From Balanoglossus misakiensis (taxonomy: Eukaryota; Animalia; Hemichordata): a stretch of DNA of 64,000 nt. The notes under the pieces were generated by a model. It saw nothing but the letters and a program-made list of their open reading frames with translations, did not search any database and was not told where the DNA came from. Of the stretch, positions 11,526 through 24,400 are shown in pieces. The DNA is taken from NCBI GenBank assembly GCA_040954595.2, contig CM082581.2:1356699-1420698 (forward strand), read 5' to 3'. The translations under genes were made by a program, and so were the position numbers. Position 1 is the stretch's first letter. Each line of letters begins with the position of its first letter.

Positions 11526-11792
11526 AGCATTGTAGTCACATGTAGTGGATAGTAGTTTGGGAAATTGCCTGAAATACGTCAGCAGACCAGTGATTTTCTT
11601 GCACGAAGGGAGTTTGGTACCAGCAATAATCAGAGATCAGGCTTCGTTGCCGTTCAAAAGTTCCTACTTCAGTCGTGATGTTGCAACTGGACGTTCAGTA
11701 TGGGGGTCGGCCCGCAGGTGGCCGTGTGGGTTATCAGGTCGCCCGTAACGGCACGCAGCTACATGCAGCTGTATGGGACCAAAATAATACAC
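11526..11792 (+). mobile_element. HINE copy A, internal segment after HINE B (end of first duplication unit)
   Basis: Matches 14633-14899 at offset 3107 (ORF-track entries 11545 and 14652 identical); diverged from the homologous B-internal ~10153-10412. Confidence 0.82.
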
Positions 11793-14426
11793 AAGTTCAT
11801 GTTGTGCCTGGCTGGAACGATTTTGTAAAAGAAAGTCACGACTATGCCCGTTCCATGTTTTTATTATGGGTTAATGTGGGTTAACCTAAACAAGGCCCGC
11901 TTTTTGAAACCATGAAATTTTCCAGAGCTCGTTTTTAGTATGCTTTACGTGCTTGTAAAAAGATTGAGAATCAAAATAGGGCTGACAAGATGGCTGATAA
12001 TTTACGCTGCCACAAACAGAACGACTTCTGGGAGGAAGTCAGAAAGCAAACTAGCAGAAAAACGCCGCTTTCTGACACTGTAGGTGGAGCGACTGGTGAG
12101 AGTGAAATTGCAATTATGTGGCACAAGCATTTCAGTGATATTTTGAATTCTGTCCAGGCTCAGACTGGTAAAAATGACATCGAGGAGAAAATGAAGTATG
12201 TTAAATTTTCTTCTGATATGTATGTTTCTGAAGACGAAGTAATTTCTGCTATACATAAGTTACCTGATGGTAAGACAGCTGGCATTGACAATATTTTAGC
12301 TGAGCACCTCAAATTCTCAGACTCCTCTATTTTACCCTTTTTGACTTGTTGTATTAATGCAATGATTGTTCATGGTTACCTGCCAACTGAGGCTATCAAT
12401 GTTAATTTAGTTCCAATTATTAAGGATAAAACTAAGCTTTGTAGTGATGCCAGTAACTACCGGCCGATAGCACTAGCAACTGTTTTCTCTAAAGTTTTTG
12501 AGCATATTTTACTTTCTCGTTATGAGGAGTTTCTTACCTCTCATTATTTACAATTTGGTTTCAAGCGAGAACATTCAACTGACCTGTGTTTATTTGCATT
12601 TAAATAAATCATTAGCTACTACACCAGCAATGGAAGACCAGTGTTTACTTGTTTTCTGGATGCTTCAAAAGCTTTTGACAGAGTTAATCACTTTAAACTG
12701 GTTATAATTAACAAGCACATCGACAGGAATGTTCCCTTGTATGCTGTACGAATTTTATATTAATGGTACAGAAATCAATTGTTTACTGTGTTGTGGGGTA
12801 ATGAAACCTCAGAGTTGTTTTCTGTTTCTAACGGTGTAAGACAAGGGGGGGTACTCTCTCCCTATCTTTTTAATGTCTACATTGATGATATTATCAATGC
12901 ACTCTGTAAAGCCAAAGTTAGCTGTACCATGTGTGGTGTCAGCGCTAACACTTTAGGTTACGCTGACGACATGACTCTACTCAGTCCAAGTATTAAGGGT
13001 CTACGCCGTCTTCTTAGAATTTGTGAAATTTACGGCAAGGATTATGATATCATTTATAATTCTAGTAAAACTGTGTGCATGCTTTTTAATGGGAAGAATA
13101 TGAGCGTTCAAAGAATTCCTTCGGTTAAACTTAATGACATCACTTTAAAGTTTGTACCTGTACACACCTATCTGGGCCATGTTATATCTTGTGATGGTTG
13201 TGATAATGAAGATATTGAACGACAGAGAAGAGCATTTTGTGTAAGAGCAAACATGCTATTGAGACATTTTCAACATTGTAGTCAAGATGTGAAGAAAGTT
13301 TTATTTTTGGCATATTGTAGTAATATTTACTGTTGCAGTTTGTGGGCATCCTTTAAAGTTAAACCGATGAAAAAATTTAAAACTATGTACAATAATGTTT
13401 GCAGAAGATTTCTCGGTCTTCCGCCATTTTGCTGTGCATCGGGTATGTTTGCTACAAACCATGTACATGTATTGTCACTTGGTGAAGTTTTTAGACGCAA
13501 TATGTACAGTTTTAAGATGGGTCCCTGGGATCTTTTTGCTCGTTGCTGTGGGCCTTTATAGGACATTACACCCCGATTTGGACTAAGCCGTTTTCAGAGT
13601 CTAACAAGGGGCTGGTAACTAGTTGAAAATCTGCACGATTATGTGCACACCCCCTGTCCGAGTATGTTTACGGCAGCTACCACCCGGCCATAGGCCGCCA
13701 CGCTAATACGGCAAAGCAGCGGTCAGCGATAGCGTGCGCGTCCTGTAACCACAGTAACTGGATCGAACGCTAAAAATCCAATGTTTTGTACACAGAGATT
13801 TTGTACCGTTCACGAAAATCCCTAAGGCTTTTTTCATAGGCCACGTACGCCAGTCAAATTTGACCTGCTTGTTGAGAACGCACTTCCGCACAGTGTGACG
13901 GATCGTTTTTTCGGTTTTCGTCGTGCTAAGAAGCGATACCGGTGGAAGAGTGCGTCCAAAAACACCCAAAATCGATGACTTTTTCAGGTGTGGTACGGGT
14001 ATGCTGAAATCTTAGGATACAACGATAATATTCGAAAACAAAATCCGTCACGATCTTCCCTGGTTCAAGCAACTAATGAATACGTATCAAGTTCGTTTTT
14101 GAGGTCACGGAATAAAAAGCCTTAGGCTTTTGAAATTTGACCTAGCTAATTTTCATATCAATGGCGTCAGGGGGCGCGCGCTCACAATCGTGCAGATTTT
14201 CAACTAGTTACCAGCCCCTTGTTAGACTCTGAAAACGGCTTAGTCAAAATCGGGGTGTAATGTCCTATAAAGGCCCATAGCAACGAGCAAAAAGATCCCA
14301 GGGACCCATCTTAAGCGTAGAATCGAAAATTCTTCTAATGTTTTACTTGATGCGATCTTTTCATCAGATAGAGCGACTGACAGCATATTTTTCAAACATT
14401 GGCGAAAGCAATTGTATATCATGTAA
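11793..14426 (+). pseudogene. LINE reverse transcriptase pseudogene, copy 2 (made by duplication)
   Basis: Same motifs and the same three stops as copy 1, plus an extra GAA>TAA at 12605-12607. Same MITE at the same TTAA. LINE tail ends ~14537. Confidence 0.9.
13516..14310. mobile_element. 795-bp Kolobok-type MITE, copy 2
   Basis: ttaa|GATGGGTCCC...GGGACCCATC|ttaa at offset 5187 from copy 1. Confidence 0.9.
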
Positions 14427-14537
14427 GTTTTTTTTTGTGTGTGTCTCAGTGTCAGATTATTATTATTGTTTTTTTTTCTTCTCTCTTTTGGGTATATGGA
14501 CTTTTTTTAAAGTCTGAAATAAAGAATTGTTATTATT

Positions 14538-15420
14538 TGTTAGCTGTTGCCATTCAAATGTGTCTACGCAAACCCGGCTACACTGGCAGTGGGCTTTGAC
14601 TCTAAGTCGCTAATGTTGTGGGAGGTTTCATTAGCATTGTAGTCACATGTAGTGGATAGTAGTTTGGGAAATTGCCTGAAATACGTCAGCAGACCAGTGA
14701 TTTTCTTGCACGAAGGGAGTTTGGTACCAGCAATAATCAGAGATCAGGCTTCGTTGCCGTTCAAAAGTTCCTACTTCAGTCGTGATGTTGCAACTGGACG
14801 TTCAGTATGGGGGTCGGCCCGCAGGTGGCCGTGTGGGTTATCAGGTCGCCCGTAACGGCACGCAGCTACATGCAGCTGTATGGGACCAAAATAATACACC
14901 CGATTCGGGGGTCACCTGTGACACCTGCGTAACTCAATAATTATGTGCATGCGTAATTGTGGGGTCAATGAAATGGGTGGTAGCGTGGTATTTGTTGCAC
15001 ATGGATCAATATGAAGTCCGATTTTCCCGTCAAGTTGTGGGCGACCTTATGTGACCTTTCACCTACTTTTGCTTAGTGAGCATCTACAGAAGATGCATGC
15101 AGCTTTGGCTTGGGGGGGGGGGGCATATACGGATGGGACCATAATGATATACCAAAGGCGGGGTCACCTGTTGCACCTGCCTAAGTCATTGATTTTGTAC
15201 ATTTAATTGGACACTAACCAACAGGGCGATAGGTGTGGTTTTTGTTCCACAGGGACGAATGTAAGTGTCAGTTGGTTTTTGCCCAAATGTATAAGGTGAT
15301 TTTGATGACCTCTGTCATACAGTGCCATATCTCATCCCGTTGTACAGGTGCAGCTTTGGTATTTGGAGGGATGAAACTATCATGAAATGCCAAATACAGG
15401 GGGATACCTTTGACACCTGC
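14538..15420 (+). mobile_element. HINE copy A, distal internal segment, truncated at the satellite
   Basis: Colinear with B ~10034-10930. Ends ...gatacctttgacacctgc and runs straight into satellite. The last ~595 bp present in B, including the 3' subTIR and hairpin, are absent from the window. Confidence 0.85.
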
Positions 15421-18400
15421 CATGATTTTTTTCAAAAATCGACGAAATTTTGAGATTTTGCAAAGTCGAAAATTTGTCATTTTTTGATGATTTTCACCCG
15501 TCTTTTTTCAAAAATCGACGAAATTTTGAGATTTTGCAAAAGAGGAAAATTTGTCATTTTTTGATGATTTTCAACATTTTTTTTAAAAAATCGACGAAAA
15601 TTTGAGATTTTGCAGTAAAAAAATTGTAATTTTTTGATGATTTTCACCGATGATTTTTTTTTAAAATTGACGAAATTTTGAGATTTTGCAGTCGAAAATT
15701 TGTAATTTTTTGATGATTTTCCCCCATGATTTTTTTCAAAAATCGACGAAATTTTGAGATTTTGCAAAGTCGAAAATTTGTCATTTTTTGATGATTTTCA
15801 CCCATGATTTTCTTCAAAAATCGACGAAATTTTGAGATTTTGCAAAGTCGAAAATTTGTCATTTTTTGATGATTTTCACCCAATGTTTTTTTTTCAAAAA
15901 TGGACGAACCCATGATTTTTTTCAAAATCGACGAAATTTTGAGATTTTGCAAAGTCGAAAATTTGTCATTGTCATGATGATTTTCAACCATGATTTTTTT
16001 CAAAAATTGACGAAATTTTGAGATTTTGCAGTCAAAAATTTGTCATTTTTTGATGATTTTCACCCATGATTTTTTTTCACAAATCGACGAAATTTTGAGA
16101 TTTTGCAGTCGTAAATTTGTCATTTTTTAATGATTTTCCTCCATGATTTTTTTTCAAAAATCGACGAAATTTTGAGATTTTGCAAAGTCTAAAATTTGTC
16201 ATTTTTTGATGATTTTCACCCATGTCTTTTTTCAAAAATCGACGAAATTTTGAGATTTTGCAAAGAGGAAAATTTGTCATTTTTTGATGATTTTCAACAA
16301 TGATTTTTTTTCAAAAATCGACGAAATTTTGAGATTTTGCAGTCAAAAATTTGTCATTTTTTGATGATTTTCAACAATTTTTTTAAAAAATCGACGAAAA
16401 TTTGAGATTTTGCAGTAAAAAATTTGTCATTTTTTGATGATTTTCACCCATGATTTTTTCAAAATTGGCAAAATTTTGAGATTTTGCAAAGTCGAAAATT
16501 TGTCATTTTTTGATGATTTTCACCCATGATTTTTTTTCGCAAATCGACGAAATTTTGAGATTTTGTAGTCGTTAATTTGTCATTTTTTGATGATTTTCCC
16601 CCATGATTTTTTTCAAAAATCAACGAAATTTTGAGATTTTGCAAAGTCGAAAATTTGTCATTTTTAGATGATTTTCACCCGTCTTTTTTCAAAAAATCGA
16701 CGAAATTTTGAGATTTTGCAAAGAGGAAAATTTGTCATTTTTTGATAATTTTCAACAATGATTTATTTCAAAAATCGACGAAATTTTGAGATTTTACAGT
16801 CGAAAATTTGTCATTTTTTGATGATTTTCCCCCATGATTTTTTTCAAAAATCGACGAAATTTTGAGATTTTGCAAAGTCGAAAATTTTTCAAAAATCGAC
16901 GAAATTTATAGATTTTGCAAAGAGGAAAATTTGTCATTTTTTGATGATTTTCACCCATGATTTTTTTCAAAATTGACGAAATTTTGAGTTTTTGCAGTCG
17001 AAAATTTGTAATTTTTTGATGATTTTCACCCGTTTTTTTTTCAAAAATCGACGAAATTTTGAGATTTTGCAGTCGAAAATTTGTCATTTTTTGATGATTT
17101 TCACCCATGATTTTTTCAAAATTGACGAAATTTTGAAATTTTGCAGTCGAAAATTTGTCATTTTTTGATCATTTTCCCCATGATTTTTTTCAAAAATCGA
17201 CGAAATTTTGAGATTTTGCAAAGTCGAAAATTTGTCATTTTTTGATGATTTTCACCCTTGATTTTCTTCAAAAATCGACGAAATTTTGAGATTTTGCAAA
17301 GTCGAAAATTTGTCATTTTTTGATGATTTTCACCCATGATTTTTTTCAAAAATCGATGAAATTTTGAGATTTTGCAGTAAAAAAATTGTCATTATTTGAT
17401 GATTTTCGACCATGATTTTTTTCAAAATTGACGAAATTTTGAGATTTTGCAGTCGAAAATTTGTCATTTTTTGATCATTTTCCCCCATGATTTTTTTCAA
17501 AAATCGACGAAATTTTCAGATTTTGCAAAGTCGAAAATTAGTCATTTTTTCATGATTTTCACCCATGATTTTTTCAAAAATCGACGAAATTTTGAGATTT
17601 TGCAAAGTCGAAAATTTGTCATTTTTTGATTATTTTCACCCATGTCTTTTTTCAAAAATCGACGAAATTTTGAGATTTTGCAAAGAGGAAAATTTGTCAT
17701 TTTTTGATGATTTTCAACAATGATATTTTTTCAAAAATCGACGAAATTTTGAGATTTTGCAGTAAAAAATTTGTCATTTTTTGATGATTTTCAACAATTT
17801 TTTTAAAAAATCGACGAAAATTTGAGATTTTGCAGTAAAAAAATTGTCATTTTTTGATGATTTTGACCCATGATTTTTTCAAAATTGGCAAAATTTTGAG
17901 ATTTTGCAAAGTCGAAAATTTGTCATTTTTTGATGATTTTCACCCATGATTTTTTTCAAAAATCGATGAAATTTTGAGATTTTGCAGTAAAAAAATTGTC
18001 ATTTTTTGATGATTTTCACCCATGATTTTTTTCAAAATTGACGAAATTTTGAGATTTTGCAAAGTCGAAAATTTGTCATTTTTTGATGATTTTCACCCAT
18101 GATTTTCTTCAAAAATCGACGAAATTTTGAGATTTTGCAAAGTCGAAAATTTGTCATTTTTTGATGATTTTCACCCATGATTTTTTTCAAAAATCGACGA
18201 AATTTTCAGATTTTGCAAAGTCGAAAATTTGTCATTTTTTCATGATTTTCACCCATGATTTTTTCAAAAATCGACGAAATTTTGAGATTTTGCAGTCGAA
18301 AATTTGTCATTTTTTGATGATTTTCACCCATGATTTTTTTCAAAAATCGACGAAATTTTGAGATTTTGCAAAGTCGAAAATTTGTCATTTTTTGATGATT

Positions 18401-21400
18401 TTCACCCATGATTTTCTTCAAAAATCGACGAAATTTTGAGATTTTGCAAAGTCGAAAATTTGTCATTTTTTGATGATTTTCACCCATGATTTTTTTCAAA
18501 AATCGACGAAATTTTGAGATTTTGCAAAGTCGAAAATTTGTCATTTTTTGATGGTTTTCACCCATGATTTTTTTTCAAAAATCGACGAAATTTTGAGATT
18601 TTGCAAAGTCGAAAATGTGTCATTTTTTGATGATTTTCACCCGTTTTTTTTTCAAAATTTGTCATTTTTTCATGATTTTCACCCATGATTTTTTTCAAAA
18701 ATCGACGAAATTTTGAGATTTTGCAAAGTCGAAAATTTGTCATTTTTTGATGATTTTCACCCATGATTTTTTTCAAAAATCGACGAAATTTTGAGATTTT
18801 GCAAAGTCGAAAATGTGTCATTTTTTGATGATTTTCACCCATGATTTTCTTCAAAAATCGACGAAATTTTGAGATTTTGCAAAGTCGAAAATTTGTCATT
18901 TTTTGATGATTTTCACCCATGATTTTTTTCAAAAATCGACGAAATTTTCAGATTTTGCAAAGTCGAAAATTTGTCATTTTTTCATGATTTTCACCCATGA
19001 TTTTTTCAAAAATCGACGAAATTTTGAGATTTTGCAGTCGAAAATTTGTCATTTTTTGATGATTTTCACCCATGATTTTTTTCAAAAATCGACGAAATTT
19101 TGAGATTTTGCAAAGTCGAAAATTTGTCATTTTTTGATGATTTTCACCCATGATTTTCTTCAAAAATCGACGAAATTTTGAGATTTTGCAAAGTCGAAAA
19201 TTTGTCATTTTTTGATGATTTTCACCCATGATTTTTTTCAAAAATCGACGAAATTTTGAGATTTTGCAAAGTCGAAAATTTGTCATTTTTTGATGGTTTT
19301 CACCCATGATTTTTTTTCAAAAATCGACGAAATTTTGAGATTTTGCAAAGTCGAAAATGTGTCATTTTTTGATGATTTTCACCCGTTTTTTTTTCAAAAT
19401 TTGTCATTTTTTCATGATTTTCACCCATGATTTTTTTCAAAAATCGACGAAATTTTGAGATTTTGCAAAGTCGAAAATTTGTCATTTTTTGATGATTTTC
19501 ACCCATGATTTTTTTCAAAAATCGACGAAATTTTGAGATTTTGCAAAGTCGAAAATGTGTCATTTTTTGATGATTTTCACCCATGTTTTTTTTTTTAAAA
19601 TCGACGAACCTATGATTTTTTTCAAAATCGACGAAATTTTGTGATTTTGCAAAGTCGAAAATTTTGTCATTTTTTGATGATTTTCAACCATGATTTTTTT
19701 TCAAAAATTGACGAAATTTTGAGATTTTGCAAAATCGAAAATTTGTCATTTTTTGATGATTTTCCCCCAATGGTTTTTTTCAAAATCGACGAAATTTTGA
19801 GATTTTGCAAAGTCGAAAATTTGTCATTTTTTGATGATTTTCCCCCATGATTTTTTTTCAAAAATGGACGAAATTTTGAGATTTTGCAAAGACGAAAATT
19901 TGTCATTTTTTGATGATTTTCACCCATGATTTTTTTTCAAAAATCGACGAAATTTTGAGATTTTGCAAAGTCGAAAATGTGTCATTTTTTGATGATTTTC
20001 ACCCGTTTTTTTTCAAAATTTGTCATTTTTTGATGATTTTCACCCATGATTTTTTTTCAAAAATCGACGAAATTTTGAGATTTTGCAAAGTCGAAAATGT
20101 GTCATTTTTTGATGATTTTCACCCATGATTTTTTTCAAAAATCGACGAAATTTTGAGATTTTGCGAAGTCGAAAATTTGTCATTTTTTGATGATTTTCAC
20201 CCATGATTTTTTTCAAAAATCGACGAAATGTTGAGATTTTGCAAAGTCGAAAATTTGTCATTTTTTGATGATTTTCACCCATGATTTTTTTCAAAAATCG
20301 ACGAAATGTTGAGATTTTGCAAAGTCGAAAATTTTGTCATTTTTTGATGATTTTCAACCATGATTTTTTTCAAAAATCGACTAAATGTTGAGATTTTGCA
20401 AAGTCGAAAATGTGTCATTTTTTGATGATTTTCACCCATGATTTTTTTCAAAAATCGACGAAATTTTGAGATTTTGCGAAGTCGAAAATTTGTCATTTTT
20501 TGATGATTTTCACCCATGATTTTTTTCAAAAATCGACGAAATGTTGAGATTTTGCAAAGTCGAAAATTTTGTCATTTTTTGATGATTTTCAACCATGATT
20601 TTTTTCAAAAATCGACTAAATGTTGAGATTTTGCAAAGTCGAAAATGTGTCATTTTTTGATGATTTTCACCCGTTTTTTTTTCAAAATTTGTCATTTTTT
20701 CATGATTTTCAACCATGATTTTTTTTCAAAAATCGACGAAATTTTGTGATTTTACAAAGTCGAAAATTTTGTCATTTTTTGATGATTTTCAACCATGATT
20801 TTTCTTCAAAAATCGACGAAAATTTGAGATTTTGCAAAGACGAAAATTTGTCATTTTTGATGATTTTTACCCATGATTTTTTTTCAAAAATGGACGAAAT
20901 TTTGAGATTTTGCAAAGACGAAAATTTGTCATTTTTTGATGATTTTCACCCATGATTTTTTTTCAAAAATCGACGAAATTTTGAGATTTTGCAAAGTCGT
21001 AAATGTGTCATTTTTTGATGATTTTCACCAGTTTTTTTTTTCAAAATTTGTCATTTTTTCATGATTTTCCCCCATAATTTTTTTCAAAAATCGACGAAAT
21101 TTTGTGATTTTACAAAGTCGAAAATTTTGTCATTTTTTGATGATTTTCAACCATGATTTTTTTTCAAAAATCGACGAAAATTTGAGATTTTGCAAAGACG
21201 AAAATTTGTCATTTTTGATGATTTTTACCCGTGATTTTTTTTCAAAAATGGACGAAATTTTGAGATTTTGCAAAGACGAAAATTTGTCATTTTTTGATGA
21301 TTTTCACCCATGATTTTTTTTCAAAAATCGACGAAATTTTGAGATTTTGCAAAGTCGAAAATGTGTCATTTTTTGATGATTTTCACCCGTTTTTTTTCAA

Positions 21401-24400
21401 AATTTGTCATTTTTTGATGATTTTCACCCATGATTTTTTTTCAAAAATCGACGAAATTTTGAGATTTTGCAAAGTCGAAAATGTGTCATTTTTTGATGAT
21501 TTTCACCCATGATTTTTTTCAAAAATCGACGAAATTTTGAGATTTTGCGAAGTCGAAAATTTGTCATTTTTTGATGATTTTCACCCATGATTTTTTTCAA
21601 AAATCGACGAAATGTTGAGATTTTGCAAAGTCGAAAATTTGTCATTTTTTGATGATTTTCACCCATGATTTTTTTCAAAAATCGACGAAATGTTGAGATT
21701 TTGCAAAGTCGAAAATTTTGTCATTTTTTGATGATTTTCAACCATGATTTTTTTCAAAAATCGACTAAATGTTGAGATTTTGCAAAGTCGAAAATGTGTC
21801 ATTTTTTGATGATTTTCACCCATGATTTTTTTCAAAAATCGACGAAATTTTGAGATTTTGCGAAGTCGAAAATTTGTCATTTTTTGATGATTTTCACCCA
21901 TGATTTTTTTCAAAAATCGACGAAATGTTGAGATTTTGCAAAGTCGAAAATTTTGTCATTTTTTGATGATTTTCAACCATGATTTTTTTCAAAAATCGAC
22001 TAAATGTTGAGATTTTGCAAAGTCGAAAATGTGTCATTTTTTGATGATTTTCACCCGTTTTTTTTTCAAAATTTGTCATTTTTTCATGATTTTCAACCAT
22101 GATTTTTTTTCAAAAATCGACGAAATTTTGTGATTTTACAAAGTCGAAAATTTTGTCATTTTTTGATGATTTTCAACCATGATTTTTCTTCAAAAATCGA
22201 CGAAAATTTGAGATTTTGCAAAGACGAAAATTTGTCATTTTTGATGATTTTTACCCATGATTTTTTTTCAAAAATGGACGAAATTTTGAGATTTTGCAAA
22301 GACGAAAATTTGTCATTTTTTGATGATTTTCACCCATGATTTTTTTTCAAAAATCGACGAAATTTTGAGATTTTGCAAAGTCGTAAATGTGTCATTTTTT
22401 GATGATTTTCACCAGTTTTTTTTTTCAAAATTTGTCATTTTTTCATGATTTTCCCCCATAATTTTTTTCAAAAATCGACGAAAATTTGAGATTTTGCAGA
22501 GACGAAAATTTGTCATTTTTTATGATTTTTACCCATGATTTTTTTTCAAAAATGGACGAAATTTTGAGATTTTGCAAAGACGAAAATTTGTCATTTTTTG
22601 ATGATTTTCACCCATGATTTTTTTTCAAAAAACGACGAAATTTTGAGATTTTGCAAAGAGGAAAATTTGTCATTTTTTCTTGATTTTCACCCATGATTTT
22701 TTTCAAAAATCGACGAAATTTTGAGATTTTGCAAAGAGGAAAATTTGTCATTTTTTCATGATTTTCCCCCATGATTTTTTTCAAAAATCGACGAAAATTT
22801 GAGATTTTGCAAAGACGAAAATTTGTCATTTTTGATGATTTTTACCCATGATTTTTTTTCAAAAATGGACGAAATTTTGAGATTTTGCAAAGACGAAAAT
22901 TTGTCATTTTTTGATGATTTTCACCAATGATTTTTGTTCAAAAAACGACGAAATTTTGAGATTTTGCAGAGGAAAATGTGTCATTTTTTGATGATTTTCA
23001 CCCGTTTTTTTTTCAAAATTTGTCATTTTTTGATGATTTTCTCCCATGATTTTTTTCAAAAATTGACGAAATTTTGAGATTTTGCAAAGTCGAAAATTTG
23101 TCATTTTTTGATGATTTTCACCCATGTTTTTTTTCAAAAATCGACGAAATTTTGAGATTTTGCAAAGTCGAAAATTTGTCATTTTTTGATGGTTTTCACC
23201 CATGATTTTTTTTCAAAAATCGACGAAATTTTGAGATTTTGCAAAGTCGAAAATGTGTCATTTTTTGATGATTTTCACCCGTTTTTTTTTCAAAATTTGT
23301 CATTTTTTCATGATTTTCACCCATGATTTTTTTCAAAAATCGACGAAATTTTGAGATTTTGCAAAGTCGAAAATTTGTCATTTTTTGATGATTTTCACCC
23401 ATGATTTTTTTCAAAAATCGACGAAATTTTGAGATTTTGCAAAGTCGAAAATGTGTCATTTTTTGATGATTTTCACCCATGTTTTTTTTTTTAAAATCGA
23501 CGAACCTATGATTTTTTTCAAAATCGACGAAATTTTGTGATTTTGCAAAATCGAAAATTTGTCATTTTTTGATGATTTTCCCCCAATGGTTTTTTTCAAA
23601 ATCGACGAAATTTTGAGATTTTGCAAAGTCGAAAATTTGTCATTTTTTGATGATTTTCCCCCATGATTTTTTTTCAAAAATGGACGAAATTTTGAGATTT
23701 TGCAAAGACGAAAATTTGTCATTTTTTGATGATTTTCACCCATGATTTTTTTTCAAAAATCGACGAAATTTTGAGATTTTGCAAAGTCGAAAATGTGTCA
23801 TTTTTTGATGATTTTCACCCGTTTTTTTTCAAAATTTGTCATTTTTTGATGATTTTCACCCATGATTTTTTTTCAAAAATCGACGAAATTTTGAGATTTT
23901 GCAAAGTCGAAAATGTGTCATTTTTTGATGATTTTCACCCATGATTTTTTTCAAAAATCGACGAAATTTTGAGATTTTGCGAAGTCGAAAATTTGTCATT
24001 TTTTGATGATTTTCACCCATGATTTTTTTCAAAAATCGACGAAATGTTGAGATTTTGCAAAGTCGAAAATTTGTCATTTTTTGATGATTTTCACCCATGA
24101 TTTTTTTCAAAAATCGACGAAATGTTGAGATTTTGCAAAGTCGAAAATTTTGTCATTTTTTGATGATTTTCAACCATGATTTTTTTCAAAAATCGACTAA
24201 ATGTTGAGATTTTGCAAAGTCGAAAATGTGTCATTTTTTGATGATTTTCACCCATGATTTTTTTCAAAAATCGACGAAATTTTGAGATTTTGCGAAGTCG
24301 AAAATTTGTCATTTTTTGATGATTTTCACCCATGATTTTTTTCAAAAATCGACGAAATGTTGAGATTTTGCAAAGTCGAAAATTTGTCATTTTTTGATGA

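Larger units (their letters stand above)
11793..14899 (+). repeat. Second unit of a 3107-bp tandem duplication (6606-9445 + 11526-11792)
   Basis: Near-identical to 6606-9445 at offset 5187 and to 11526-11792 at offset 3107. Novel junction aaaataatacac|aagttcatgttg at 11792/11793. Confidence 0.92.

Noticed and set aside
11793-14537. Second independent LINE insertion
   Set aside because: It shares the MITE, the stops and the 3' flank with copy 1, so it is a tandem duplication.
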